Below, in pieces: positions 1-12,130 of a stretch of 64,000 nucleotides of DNA; position 1 is the first letter of the stretch, and each line of letters begins with the position of its first letter. The stretch covers positions 12,621,628 through 12,685,627 of the forward strand of contig NC_057718.1 in NCBI RefSeq assembly GCF_004010195.1. Reading direction: 5' to 3'. Under the pieces are notes generated by a model. The model was not told the origin of the DNA and searched no databases. It saw only the letters and a program-made list of their open reading frames with translations. The translations under genes and the position numbers were made by a program. This DNA is from Chiloscyllium plagiosum (taxonomy: Eukaryota).

Positions 1-1036
1 GATGGAAAGTATTCTGCCTGGAAGACAACGTTGAGTGGGGTCCCGCAGGGCTCTGTTCTTAGGCCTCTGCTCTTTGTAGTTTTTATAAATGACTTGGATG
101 AGGAGGTTGAGGGGTGGGTTAGTAAATTTGCCAATGCCACAAAGGTTAGAGGTGTCATCGATAGTATAGAGGGCTACAGCAGGCTGCAGCGTGACATAGA
201 CAGGATACAGAACTGAGAAATGGCAGATGGAGTTTAACCTGGATAAATGCAAAGTGATGCATTTTGGAAGGTCGAACTCGAATGCTGAATATAGGATTAA
301 AGACAGGATTCTTGGCAGTGTGGAGGAAAAGAGGGATCTGGGTGTACTAGTACATAGATCCCTCAAAGTTGCCACCCCAGTGGATAGGGTTGTTAATAAA
401 GCATATGGTGTTTTGGCTTTCATTAACAGGGGGATCGAGTTTAAGAGCCGCAAGGTTTTGCTGCAGCTCTACAGTCCCTGGTGAGACCACACTTGGAATA
501 TTGTGTTCAGTTCTGATTGCCCTAATATAGGAAAGATACAGAGGCTTTGGAGAGGGTGCGAAGAAGGTTTACCAGGATGCTGCCTGGACTGGAGGGCTTG
601 CCTTATGAAGAAAGGTTGAATAAGCTTGGACTTTCCTCTCTGGAGAGAAGGAGGAAGAGAGGAGACCTGATCGAGGTGTACAAGATAATGAGTGGAATAG
701 ATAGAGTTAATAACCAGAGACTTTTCCCCAGGGCAGGATTGACTGGTACGAGAAGTCATAGTTTGAAGATATTAGGAGGAAAATATAAAGGAGACGTCAG
801 AGGTAGGTTCTTTACACAGAGAGTTGTGAATGCATGGAATGTGTTGCCAGCTGTGGTGGTGGAAGCAGAGGCCTTGGGGACATTTAAGCAACTGCTGGAC
901 ATGCACATGGATAGCAGTGGGTTGAGGGGTGCATAGGTTAAGTTACCATATTTTACATTAGGATTAAATCTCGTCACAACATCGTGGGCCAAAGGGCCTG
1001 TTCTGTGCTGTATTTTTCTATGTTCTTTGTTCTATG
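1..1036 (+). mobile_element. CR1-clade LINE, 3' part of ORF2 (RT thumb/C-terminus) plus 3' UTR; frameshifted
   Basis: ORFs read SGVPQGSVL.PLLF..FINDLDE...SKFA(N/D)..K, MEFNLDKCKVMHFG and RGDLIEVYKIM...WNVLP; the element ends in a (TTCTATG)-like tail. Confidence 0.95.
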
Positions 1037-1049
1037 GTCATTCTAAAAG

Positions 1050-1248
1050 ATGAGAGACTTAATAAATAATCCAGATCTTTTTCAATATATAATTTCAGTT
1101 ACATTGCACTGTAAACATTTTCTGTAAATTCCGTGTCTTACAATCTTATTCACCACAACCACCTGATAAAGGAGCAGCACTCCGAAAGGTAGTGCTTCCA
1201 AATAAATCTGTTGGACTATAACCTGGTGTTGTGTCATTTTTAACTTTG
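1050..1248 (+). mobile_element. Penelope-like terminal fragment, family A, with degenerate hammerhead motif
   Basis: 1153-1248 matches the right arm of the 28398-28614 palindrome; core reads CAC CTGATaA A GGAGC agc aCTCC GAAA GgTA GTG. Confidence 0.7.
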
Positions 1249-1394
1249 CTTTTTTTCCACTCCCTTTACCCCCAAAACAGCCATATTCAACCATTCTCAG
1301 TTATCTTTTCTAGCTGACATCTATCAAAAACACATGGAATATCATTATTTCCACCTCTTGTCATCCAGGAAGCTCTGGCATAATCTGTCAGAGA

Positions 1395-2085
1395 GAGACA
1401 TAGGGGTTTAGGTGCATAGTTCCTTGAAAGTTACATCACAGATGAACACAATAGCAAAGAAGGCATTTGGTATGTTTGCCTCCATTGCTCAGACCATTGA
1501 GCATAGGAGTTGGGACGTCATGTTGCAGTTGGTGAGGCCACTTTTGGAGTATGTGTACAATTCTGGTCACCCTGCTGTAGGCGAGATTTTATTAAATTGG
1601 AGAGGGTGCAGAAAAGATTGACAAGGTTGTTCCTGAGACTGGAAGGTTTGAGTTATAAGGAGAGGCTGGATAGGCTGGGACTTTTTAACCTGGAGCATAG
1701 GAAGTTGAGGGTTGACCTTATAGAGGTTTGTAAAATCATGAGGGGCATAGATAAGGTGAATTAGCAAAGGTCTTTTCCCTAGGATAGGGGAGTTCAAAAC
1801 TGGAGGGCATAATTTTAAGGAGAGAGGAGAAAGATTTAAAAGGGACCTAGAGGACAACATTTTCATCTGGAGGGTGGTTCTTATGTGGAATGAACTGTCA
1901 GAGGAGGTAGATGCAGGTATAGTTACAATATCTGAAAGATATTTGGATGTGTGCATGAATGAGAAAGATTTAGAGGGATATGGACCAAACTTGGGCAAGA
2001 GGGACTTGTTTAGTTTTGGGAAAATTGGTCAAAATGGATGAGTTGGACCAAAGGGTCTGTTTCCGTGCTCTATGCCCTTGACTGT
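1395..2085 (+). mobile_element. 5'-truncated CR1 LINE
   Basis: Peptides HSSLKV..Q..AKKAFGMFA, CVQFWSPC.RRD.IKLERVQKRLTR and DLIEVCKIMRGIDK; CR1-type 3' UTR. Confidence 0.9.
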
Positions 2086-2283
2086 GTCCAAGGCACATCT
2101 TCTTTGAAGGTAACCCATTGCTCAATTACTGCTTTTCTCATCAACTGGACACCAATTTATTCAACCCAGATCCATGTTTATCCCAGTGAAGTTGGATTAC
2201 CAATGTGCCAAGAATCTAAAGCCCTCTCTCCTGCGCCAACTTTGCAGCCATGCATTCATTTGTCTTGTCCTCCTATTTCTATA

Positions 2284-2491
2284 CAGGTTGTTCTGCTACA
2301 ACGCGTATTTTGTTAACAAAGATTTGCTGTAATGTGATTGATGAATTGGGGACACTGTTTCTAAAGCGCAAACTTTGAAAATGTATGTTGGCTGTAATGT
2401 GATTTCATCATCAAACCTTTAAGCGCTGTTTCTAAAACATAATGTTTCTATAATGTGAGGTTGCAAGAGAATGCATCCATTGTGTTACCTG
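2284..2491. mobile_element. Probable Tc1/mariner-type (Tigger/MER6-like) MITE
   Basis: TA|CAGGTTGTTCTGCTACAACGCG at the left end and ...TGTGTTACCTG|TA at the right; short terminal inverted repeat CAGGT/ACCTG, TA on both sides, internal repeated GCTGTAATGTGATT. Confidence 0.55.
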
Positions 2492-2659
2492 TACTGATTT
2501 GTGCATGCCATTTGATATAATGCAGAGATGACTGGTTTTGACATCCTGCTTGTTAATTTTCTAGCTGGCTTTCTAACCATTGATTGCAGAACCAGGTTTT
2601 CTACCTATGTCATCGGTTGCGCTGTGCAACAGGAGTGCTGAATGGTTAACCTCCCCTCT

Positions 2660-2840
2660 CAGGGTGCATTTGAATTTAATAAAACATTCCACATCAGTTC
2701 ATAGGAGACAGAAATGACAGGAGAGCCATGTGAGGACTTATTAGGTCAGATAAGCAAAATCTTGGTCAACATGGTAGTTTTAAAGAATGGCTTGCAGGAG
2801 GAAAGAGACAGAGAAATGTACTTTAAAGTTTGGAACCTAG
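2660..2840 (-). mobile_element. L2-like LINE 3' fragment
   Basis: Reverse complement resembles the ...TTAAAACCTACCTCTTTGACCAAGCTTTTGGTCA tail seen at 20830-21085 and 27320-27680. Confidence 0.55.
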
Positions 2841-2879
2841 GCTTCATTTAAACTTATATTTTTATTACATAAGATTGTC

Positions 2880-3150
2880 ATGGGCAATCCATAATTGTCC
2901 TTGAATTGAATGGTTGGCTGGGCCATTTCAGAGGGCAATTAAGAGTCAACTTTGTCTGGAGGGTCACATGTAGGCCAGATCAGGGAAAGGGCATGAGTGA
3001 CCAAGTTGCATTTGTATAGCAATCAGTGATTATTTGATGGTCAGCATCATTGACAACAGCTTTCAATTTCAGATTTTATTGATTGAATCAAAATTTCACC
3101 AGCTGCTGGTAAGGATTTGAGCCCATATTTCAAGAGCATTAGCAAATATC
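2880..3150 (-). mobile_element. tRNA-derived SINE (family S2), degenerate
   Basis: Shares AAGAGTCAAC...ATGTAGGCCAGA...GGATTTGA with copies at 5437-5800, 48135-48430 and 58095-58435. Confidence 0.7.
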
Positions 3151-5436
3151 TGGAGCATGTACATTCTAAACAGACATTTGTTTGAGTGAATCTGTCAAAT
3201 AGTTATTGAAAAATGACATTTATAGATATTGTACTGAATGTTTATTGCTCAGAAATTGCTCTAATGATGAGTTGTTGCACAATGACATAAATTGGATTTT
3301 TATGCTTCTCATTGACATCACACATAGAAATTGTTGGATTGTTGATCTGATAACTTCACAGCAAAGACAGTGTCGCATCTCGGACTTCACAAGTATTGCA
3401 ATTAATTCCCCCGAAACAAAGAACAGAATAGGGATAAAACTAGAATAAAAGGCAGAGGTAGTGAGGTGAATTATAACTGACACCAGTATGGAAAGAGAGC
3501 TGGGGATAAATAGGGAAAGAAAGGAACTGGAAATGATGAGCAGGAAAAGAGGAACTCATCCAATGGCCACATCATGGTGGCCAAAATATTTTCATCATTC
3601 TTTATTAAGGAAATATTTATAATTAAAAATAAACATTTTAAAAATTTAAAATAAATTTGCTTTAGGCCAATTACACTTGCTGTAAGTTTACAGCTATCTT
3701 TTTTTTTGTTTTCTTAAAATTTGAGTAGTGTAAAGAAAACCACATTTTGTCAAAGCTTTTCTCCTTACATTCTTCAGAGCAATTCCCAAGAATAAATTTA
3801 TGGGTAAAAACCAACATTTATATGTAACAATAGGACCACAAGGGTTGAATCCAATTGGCCATCTTTCCTGTGGTCCCAGACTGTAGATGACAGGTGGTGC
3901 TTCTAGCTAAACTCATGCCCCTCTTTCCTTAGCCAGCTGAGCTGAGACCAGTCAAAATGATTTTAACAACTCCGAGCTCATCACATGCCTAGAATATAGC
4001 CAGAACCAACCAGGCCTAAATAGTTTAGTTCCACGCTAGTCACAGTGCTTGGCAACTGAGCAGTCTAGAGGAGGGTACTCAATGACATTTCTGCCTCTTG
4101 AGATTGAAAATGAACCTTTGTTTAAGGAAGCTTGGGTTGTGCTAGTTAATTAGTACTTATTTAAGAAGCCATTATTAATGCTATTTTAATATTTGATCAT
4201 AACAAACATAATTTAGGTTATCTGATTGAGGACTCCCCAACAAGTGGAAACATCTTCACTATGTCCACCCTATCAAAATATTTGGTGCTTTAAGTGTCAG
4301 GTCACCTCTCAGACTTTTCAGTTCTAGAGAAAATAGATGCGAACTGTTCAGTTGTTCCTGATAATTCTCTGTTCCAGCATTGTTGCAGAATCACATGAAT
4401 TATTATGGTGCAGAAGCAGACCATTCAGCCCATCATGTCTGCATCTGCACCTTGTCAATTTTTTCTCCACTTTTTCCAAAGCCTCTATATCATTTTTGTA
4501 ACGGGGAGACCAAAACTGTTTCATTACTCACTAATTGTTAGCTGTTCAAAGCCAATTAATGTCCATATGTTAATGTACTCTTGTGAAACATCTTGGGATG
4601 TTTTACCACATTAAAGATGCTATATGAATGCAAGTTGCTGTAATTGCTCTCACCTAGCTAAAAATCCAAAGTGTGCAGCCACCCCAGGGCTGAAATTACA
4701 GCAGAATTTGACTCTTGTACTGTGACTCCAGGAATACTCAATGTTTCCAGGTAATAGTCATTGGGCAATGAGCAGAGATTAGAACAGAACACCAGGGGTC
4801 TACCATTACTACTCACTTCCAGCTGTTACAACCATCTCCAGATGTACCTCAGTATGCTAAAATGATTACCTGTTGGAAGGAATTCTGCAGACAGGTTATA
4901 TTTATTCCTAGATAACCCTTCTCAGGTCCCAGCTCACCCTCACCCTGTTTTTTGGCATGAAGTGAAAATGGCATGGCCGTGGGCCAATTGGCTTTTCATC
5001 CCATTCCTGTCATTTTTACATTCTAACTGTCCTCTTCCCTGCTCATACTCAGGTGGGGCAGTCCAAAATCAAATACTCAAGACGCAGAGCTGCTCAGGAG
5101 TGTCTTGCAATACTCAAAATGAAATTGTCTAAAATAAGTGCTTTCTGAGAACATATTAAAGCTGGGCAGGTGATGTGCTATGGATGCCAGTTTGATTCAG
5201 AGCAACACATCTGCAGCTAGTGTTTTGACAATCAAGCAGCTTTGGCTCAGAGTTAGTGAGTTGGAGCCTGAACTACAGACACTGCAACACATTTGGGAGG
5301 AGAAAAAATACTTGGATTCTTTGTACCAGGATACAGTTGCACCTTTTCTTTGGGTTGGGTGATCTGATTTGGTCAGAAATTAGTGATAGGAGAGTCTAAC
5401 TATGAGTGAGGCAGGTAAAAGGACCCAGGAAATACT

Positions 5437-5800
5437 TTATTCATTTTTTTACTCATTCCTGGAATGTGGGCATTGCAGGCTAGGCCAATATTTTATTGTC
5501 CATCCCTATTTGCTGAGAGAGCAGGTAAGACTCAACCACATTGCTGTGGGTCTGGAATCCAATGTAGGCCAGACTGGGTAAAGATGGCAGTTTTTGTTTC
5601 CCTGAAGAGCATTAGTGAACTAGATGGGTTTTCCAACAATCAGCAATGGATTCATGGTCATTGTGAGATCCTTAATTCAATTTATTGAATTCAAATTCCA
5701 TCATCTGCCTTGGCAGGATTTGAACCTGGGACCCCAGAACATTAGCTTAGTTTCTGGATTAATAGTCTACTGATTATACCATTAGGCCATTGCCTCTTCC
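5437..5800 (-). mobile_element. tRNA-derived SINE (family S2) with LINE-derived tail
   Basis: Minus strand has A box TGGCCTAATGG and B box GGTTCAAATCC; tail GGGATGGACAATAAAATATTGGCCTAGCC resembles the LINE 3' ends at 37868-38295. Confidence 0.8.
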
Positions 5801-6713
5801 TAATGAGTGCAGGAGGTTCAATCTTTGTGATTGTCCAACGATTTAATGTTCATTCAGTTTGTCTAAGTGGGAGTGGAGCTGCAGGTTGGATGAACTTACT
5901 AACCGTAGCACAAGAAGCTTTACAAAAGAGGAGAATAAGAAGGAATGTTGCGGCAGTGAGGGTTAGTAACACAACGGAGATTTACACGGTTCTCTGACTA
6001 ATTCCAAATGACTTTGTTGTCTGCCCGATGCCAAGGTTCAGGACCTTTGCTCAATGGGTAGGGTAGGATCCAGTTGTCAAGGTTCATGTCAGTAACAATA
6101 ACATAAGTAGGACAAAGAAAGAGATTCGGTATAGTCAGTATGAGGAGCTAGGAGGCAAATTATGAAGCAGAACCTCAAAGGTCTTAATCTATGCTTTATT
6201 AGCTCAGCCACTTGCAAATTAGAGTAGTGCAAATTAGATTAGAAAGATTAATGTGTGGCTTAAAGAATGGCGTGGGAGAAGTGGATTCCAGGCCTAATGG
6301 GAAACTGTGATCTATAGACATGGAACTGCCTGGACCTAAACCCTGCTGGGACCAGTGCTCTTGCTAGCCACATAACTAGGGGCTAGAGTGTATTTTCAAC
6401 TAAATAGTCGGGGTTCGGGATTAAATTTGAGAAGATGTGGTAAATCATGGAGGAGGGTCAAGGCCAAAGTGAAAAGTATTAATATGGGAAATGCTAAACA
6501 TGGTAAACTTGGACACGGCTGCAGGATAGCATGGATTTTGACCTGAATTTTGAAAGAAAAAAGGACATGTAGGAATGACAGGGAGTGAGGAAAAGGTGTA
6601 GGAATGGCTTTATTAGTTAATTGTGGTATTAGAACATTAGATGGAATGACCTAAGTTCAGGATATCAAGATATGGAAACTGGGTAGACATGAGCAATAAA
6701 AGGCAAGAAATGA

Positions 6714-7672
6714 TTTGGATGTGAGCATAAGAAGTATGGTCAGTAAGTTTGCAGATGACACCAAAATTGGAGGTGTGGTGGACAGCAAAGAAGGTTACCT
6801 CAGATTACAACAGGATCATGATGAGATGGGCCAATGGGCTGAGAAGTGGCAGATGATGTTTAATTCAGATAAATGCGAGGTGCTGCATTTTGGGAAAGCA
6901 AATCTTAGCAGGGCTTATACACTTAATGGTAAGGTCTGAGGCAGTGTTGGAGAACAAAGAGACCTTGGTGTGCAGGTTCATAGCTCCTTGAAAGTGGAGT
7001 TGCAGGTAGATAGGATAGTGAAGAAGGCATTTGGTATGCTTTTCTTTATTGGTCAGCGTATTGAGTACAGGAGTTGGGAGGTCATGTTGCAGCTGTACAG
7101 GTCATTGGTCAGGCCACTGTTGCAATATTGTGTGCAATTCTGGTCTCCTTCCTATCGGAAAGATGTTGTGAGACTTGAAAGGGTACAGGAAAGACTTAAA
7201 AGGATGTTGCCAGGGTTGGAGATTTTGAGCTATAGGGAGACGCTGAACAGGCTGGATCTGTTTTCCTTGGAGCGTCGGAAGCTGAGGGGTGACCTTATAG
7301 AGGTTTATAAAATTATGAGGGGCCTGGATAGGATAAATAGACAAAATCTTTTCCCTGGGGTGGGGGAGTCCAGAACTAGAGGGCATAGGTTTAGGGTGAG
7401 AGGAGAAAGATATAAAAGAGACTTAAGGGGCAACTTTTTCATGCAGAGGGTGGTACTTGTATGGAAGGAGCTGCCACAGGAAGTGGTGGAGGCAGATACA
7501 ATTGCAACATTTAAGAGGCATTTGGATGGGTATATGAATAGGGAGGGTTTGGAGGGATATGGGCCAGGTGCTGGCAGGTGGGACTAGATTGGTTTTGGGA
7601 TATCTGGTCGGCCTGAATGGGTTGGACCGAAGGGTCTGTTTCCATGCTGTATATCTCTATGACTATATGACT
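6714..7672 (+). mobile_element. Young 5'-truncated CR1 LINE (RT FADD motif to 3' end)
   Basis: SKFADDTKIGG...W(Q)MMFNSDKCEVLHFG, then an uninterrupted 205-aa ORF2 C-terminus (6970-7587); tail CTCTATGACTATATGACTCT. Confidence 0.95.
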
Positions 7673-8174
7673 CTAAGTCACTTTTGGGTTCCAACTGGAA
7701 CCACAGAGAACTGTGCAGCATAAAGGAAGAAATAAGAAAGCTTATCTGAAAGGCACGGCAATAATCATAGGAGATTTTAATCTTAATACAGACTTGAAAT
7801 GTCAGATGGAAAAAAGTAACCTTGATGTGAAATTCAGAGAATGTTTTCAGGAGAGTTCCTTCAAACAGCATGTTTTTGAGCTGACCAGAGAATAAGCTAT
7901 ACTAGACTGGGTTTTGTGCAGTCAGATAGGATTGATCAATTATCTTATCACAAAAATGCCCGTTAGGTAGCTGCAACCATTAAATTATTGAATTTTACAT
8001 TCAGTTTGAGGGAGAGAGCCATGGGGTCCAAGATTATTTTTGAAAAAGTTGAAATAAGGGCAATTATGAGGGTATGAATGCAGAGATAGCTGAAGTGAAT
8101 GGCAAGTTGAAGAATAGGTCAACAGAGAGGCAAGGGATATTTTTGCTACATCCAGACCCTTGGGTGAAGTACTC

Positions 8175-8378
8175 TTTATTCACTTGTGGAAGAGGAGTGA
8201 CGCTGGTGGGGCCAGCCATTTGTTACCAGTCACTAGCTATCCTTGAGAAAATGATGGTGAACGGCCTCTTGAACTGCTGCAGTCCACATGCTGTAGGTTG
8301 ACCCACGATGCTATGAGTAATGGAATTCCAGGATTTTGACGAGCAACGCTGAAGGATCAGCGATATATTTCCAAGTCC
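8175..8378 (-). mobile_element. 3' end of a second CR1/L2-superfamily LINE (family L-B)
   Basis: Reverse complement of the ...TCCTGGAATTCC...CAGTTCAAG...CACCA...TTCTCAAGG...AATGGCTGGCCCC tail. Confidence 0.7.
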
Positions 8379-9499
8379 CCAATTTGATATGGTTCCAGAT
8401 GGAATATCCCTAATTGTTAAGCTCCTGAGGGAATGGGATGAACTGGCTCCTTTTCTTTATTCTTTCACCTTATTTATTGGGTGCTACCGGGTAAGTTTTA
8501 AAAAAAACTTTATGAATATCCTTTATGACCTCCTTAACCCAAATTAACTATGTTTTAAATGGGGCCACATTAACTAGGCTTTCTTGAGTTACGAAAGAAT
8601 AAGTTTGTTAATTACTAAACATGAGAACATTTAATAATGAACACTGGAAATAAGAGGCAACTCCAAAAGGATAAATGTCTTTTGAAAAATAAGATCAATC
8701 TGTGAATTATTCATGAACTCTAAATATTGTGGCTATTGCAGTGAAGGTCACTCGTAGCATTAATTTTGTCAGTTAAATAATTGATTTCAAGATTTTTAGT
8801 TTTGGAGGTAGGTTGAGATTCTATTGTTCTGATTCCTTTTGACTGTGACTGAATTTTAACATTCAGGTGAGAGAGTGTTCTTTTGTTTCCTGTTTCCTTT
8901 TGTCTGGTTTGCTACCCAGCTAGCTTTTTACATACAAAGTTATAGAGTTCTTTTACTTGTAATACAGGACTGACTCATTGATACATCTCTGAACATGAAC
9001 TTCATAGCATGCCAATGCTCAAAATCAACTGATACATACATGTTCCTCAGTCCAGAGGCACACATGAGAACCTCGGTTCACAATAGCACTGGTGTGGAAA
9101 CCTTAGCTTAGCCCCACTAGCACACTCCAACAGAGTTGAAACTGGCTTGTTAACTTCTAACTTCCTGTATTCTTCAAAGGGGAAATAGTTTGGGACATGA
9201 TCCACAAGGGGTAGCTTATTGTTGAATGGGGAGTTATTGCTCCTCGTTATCTTTGTTGACACAAGAGATCATAGTTGAGTCAGTTTTGATTTGTCTTTTC
9301 CCCCTTTAAAGATTTGTTATTTTAATTCTCTTCATATCTTTAGGTGTGACGTTCCATGACTGTCTCTCTCCAGACAGCCACTTAGCAGCCCTCTCTTTAA
9401 AAGCATTTTGGAATTACACGTTTAGTACTTTAGGGTTCTGACTCTTGGGGGTCAGAATGCACAGAATAGAAACATTCAAAAGAAAAGAAAAAGTCAAAG

Positions 9500-10860
9500 G
9501 GACTGACCCATCATCCATGATTAACTAGAAATATCAAGTATAGTCCATCTCAGACAAGTATGCTGTTTTCGAAAATGTACGGTGTGATGGACTCTCAGGG
9601 AAAAGTAACACAAACAGCCAAGTTTCTGGTACCGAGACTGGCTCTTGTACATCAGGTTCCAAGTGTCAGTTATGACTGGGGACTGCCTAGTCAGAAGCAC
9701 AGACAGAAGGTTCTGTGGCTGACACTGAGAAATCAGAACGGTGTGTTGCCTCCCTGATGCCAGGATCAAGGATACATCAGTGAGAGTGCAGAATATTCTC
9801 AAAGGGGAGTGGGACCAGCAGCAAGTTGTTGCACACATTGGAACTAACAACATAGAAAGGAAAAGGGTGAGATTCTGAAGGGAGAATATAGGAAGTTAGG
9901 CAGGAATTTAAAAAGGAAGTATTCGATGGTAGTTATATCTGGATCACTCCCGGTGCTGCGAGCTAGTGAGGGCAGGAATAGGAGGATAGAGCAGATGAAT
10001 GCATGGGTGAGGATCTGGTGCAGGGAAGAAGGGTTCACATTTTTGGATCATTGGAATCTCTTCTGGGGTAGAAGTGACCTATATAAGAAGGACGGGTGGC
10101 ACCTGAATTGGAAGGGGACTAATATACTGGCAGGGAGATTTGCTAGAGCTGCTCGGGAGGACTTAAACTAGTAAAGGTGGGGGGAGGGGATCCAGTACGT
10201 TAGTGAGGAAAGAGGTCAGTCTGAGACTGGTACAGTTGGGAAAAGGAGCAAGTCAAATAGTCAGGGCAGGCAGGAACAAAGCAGAGAATTAGGTAGGACT
10301 GATAAATTAAACTGCATTTATTTCAATACAAGAGGCCTAACAGGGAAGGCAGATGAACCCAGGGCATAGCTAGGAACATGGGACTAGGATGTCATAGCAA
10401 TTACAGAGACGTGGTTCAAGGATGGACAGGACTGACAGCTTAATGTTCCAGGATACAAATGCTAAAGGAAGGACAAAAAAGGGGGCAGGAGAGGAGAGGG
10501 AGTGGTGTTTTTGATAAGGGATGACATTACAGCTGTCCTTCGGGAGGATGTTCCAGGCAATACGTCCAGGGAAGTTATTTGGGTAGAACTGAGAAATAAG
10601 ATGGCATAGGTATAAAGTGAGCAGGGAACAATCTATAGGGACCTAAGGGCAACCTTTTCATACAGAGGATGGTATGTGTATGTCCGAAGAAGTGGTAGAT
10701 GCAGTTATGATATTTAAAAGACATTTGGACAGGTACATGAATGGGAAAGGTTTAGAGGGCCAAATGCAGGCAGATGGGACTAGTTTAGTTTGGGAAACTT
10801 GGTTGGTGTGGATGAGTTGGTCCGAAGGATCTGTTTCCATGCTGTATGATTCTATGACTC
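9500..10860 (+). mobile_element. CR1 LINE: ORF1 SGNH esterase plus start of APE endonuclease joined directly to the 3' end (internally deleted)
   Basis: VVISGSLPV...IEQMNAW.R.WCREEGFTFLDHW...LYKKDGWHLNWKGTNILAG (SGNH DxxH block); DVIAITETW...WVELRNK; then the terminal ORF2/3' UTR sequence begins at ~10602. Confidence 0.85.
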
Positions 10861-11187
10861 TACAGCTCATCAAAAAATTAAAGAGATAGAAATCAAAGTA
10901 TTCCGAATGCAAGCTAGAAATATAAAAATAGGTAGTAAGAGTTTCTATACATATTTAAAGAAGCATATTTAACAAAGTGTGTGTTAATCCTGTAGAAAGT
11001 AAGATGAGGGAATTGATGGAAAATAGGAAATGGCAGATGAATTGAAGAGGTATTTTGCATCAGTCTTCACCATTGTGGGAACAAGTACCATTTAGAATCA
11101 GGATTCAGAGGAATTACAGAAATTCAGGAAAAGTACAATTACCAGAGAGGTGGCAATGAGTAAATTATTGGAGCTGTGAGCTGACAT

Positions 11188-11511
11188 GATTAGATTAGAT
11201 TCCCTACAGTGTGGATACAGGCCCTTCAGCCCAACAAGCCCATACCAACCCTCCGAAGAGTAAACCACCCAGACCCATTTCCCTCTGACTAATACACCTA
11301 ACACTCTGGGCAATTTAACATGGCCAATTCACCTGAACTTCACAACTTTGGACTGTGGGAGGAAACTGGAGCATCCGGAGGAAACCGGAGCATCCGGAGG
11401 AAACCCACGCAGACATGGAGAGAATGTGCAAACTCCACACAGACAGTCTCCCAAAGCTGGAATTGAACCCGGGACTCTGGCAGCAGTGCTAACCACTGAG
11501 CCACCGTGCCG
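11188..11511 (-). mobile_element. HE1/V-SINE-like tRNA-derived SINE
   Basis: Minus strand: GGCACGGTGGCTCAGTGGTTAGC...GGGTTCAATTCC...TGTGTGGAGTTTGCACATTCTCC; (AATCT)n tail; GACATG duplicated at both ends; 19-nt internal tandem duplication. Confidence 0.9.
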
Positions 11512-11854
11512 ACATGTTCCAGGGTGCTGATGCACTTCGTCAGTGTCTGAAAAGAAGTGTTTTTTGCAATAGTTGATGCATCAGTTTTCATTTTCAAAGC
11601 ACCGTTGATTCATCGATAGTTCCACTAGATTGGAAGATCACAAATGTAACTTTTTTATTTAAAAAGTGAGGGAGATAGAAAGCAGGAAACTACAGGCCAG
11701 TTATCTTAACATCTGTCGTAGGTGTTGAGACAATCATTATTTTCTTTTTATTTTTCTCATTTTTGGTTTTGAACCGTGAATTTCAGTTGTGAACTGAACT
11801 TTGCTCAGGGACTGGTAGTTCGTTGGACGTTGAATTGGTCAGTCGGGGAGGACA

Positions 11855-12130
11855 AAATGTTGCACAGTGGTGAGCACAGCACCAGGGACCTGAGTTTGAT
11901 CCCAGACTTGGATGACTGTGTGGAGTTTGCACGTTCTTCCCTGTGCTTGTGTGGCTGTCCTCCAAATGCTTTAATTTCCTCCCTTAGTCTAAAGATGTAC
12001 ATGTTAGGTGGATTGGCCATGGTAAGATGTCCATGCGGAAGGGGTGGAGAGGGTCGGTTAAGGTGAGATGCTCTTTGGAGAGTCAATGCAAACTTGATGG
12101 GCCTAATGGTCTTTTTCTGCACTGTATGAC
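11855..12130 (+). mobile_element. Older HE1/V-SINE-like SINE
   Basis: Degenerate tRNA head, TGTGTGGAGTTTGCACGTTCT core and GATGGGCCTAATGG tail. Confidence 0.75.

Noticed and set aside
6970..7587. 205-aa ORF as a functional gene
   Set aside because: It is the C-terminus of CR1 ORF2 in a 5'-truncated copy with an upstream stop
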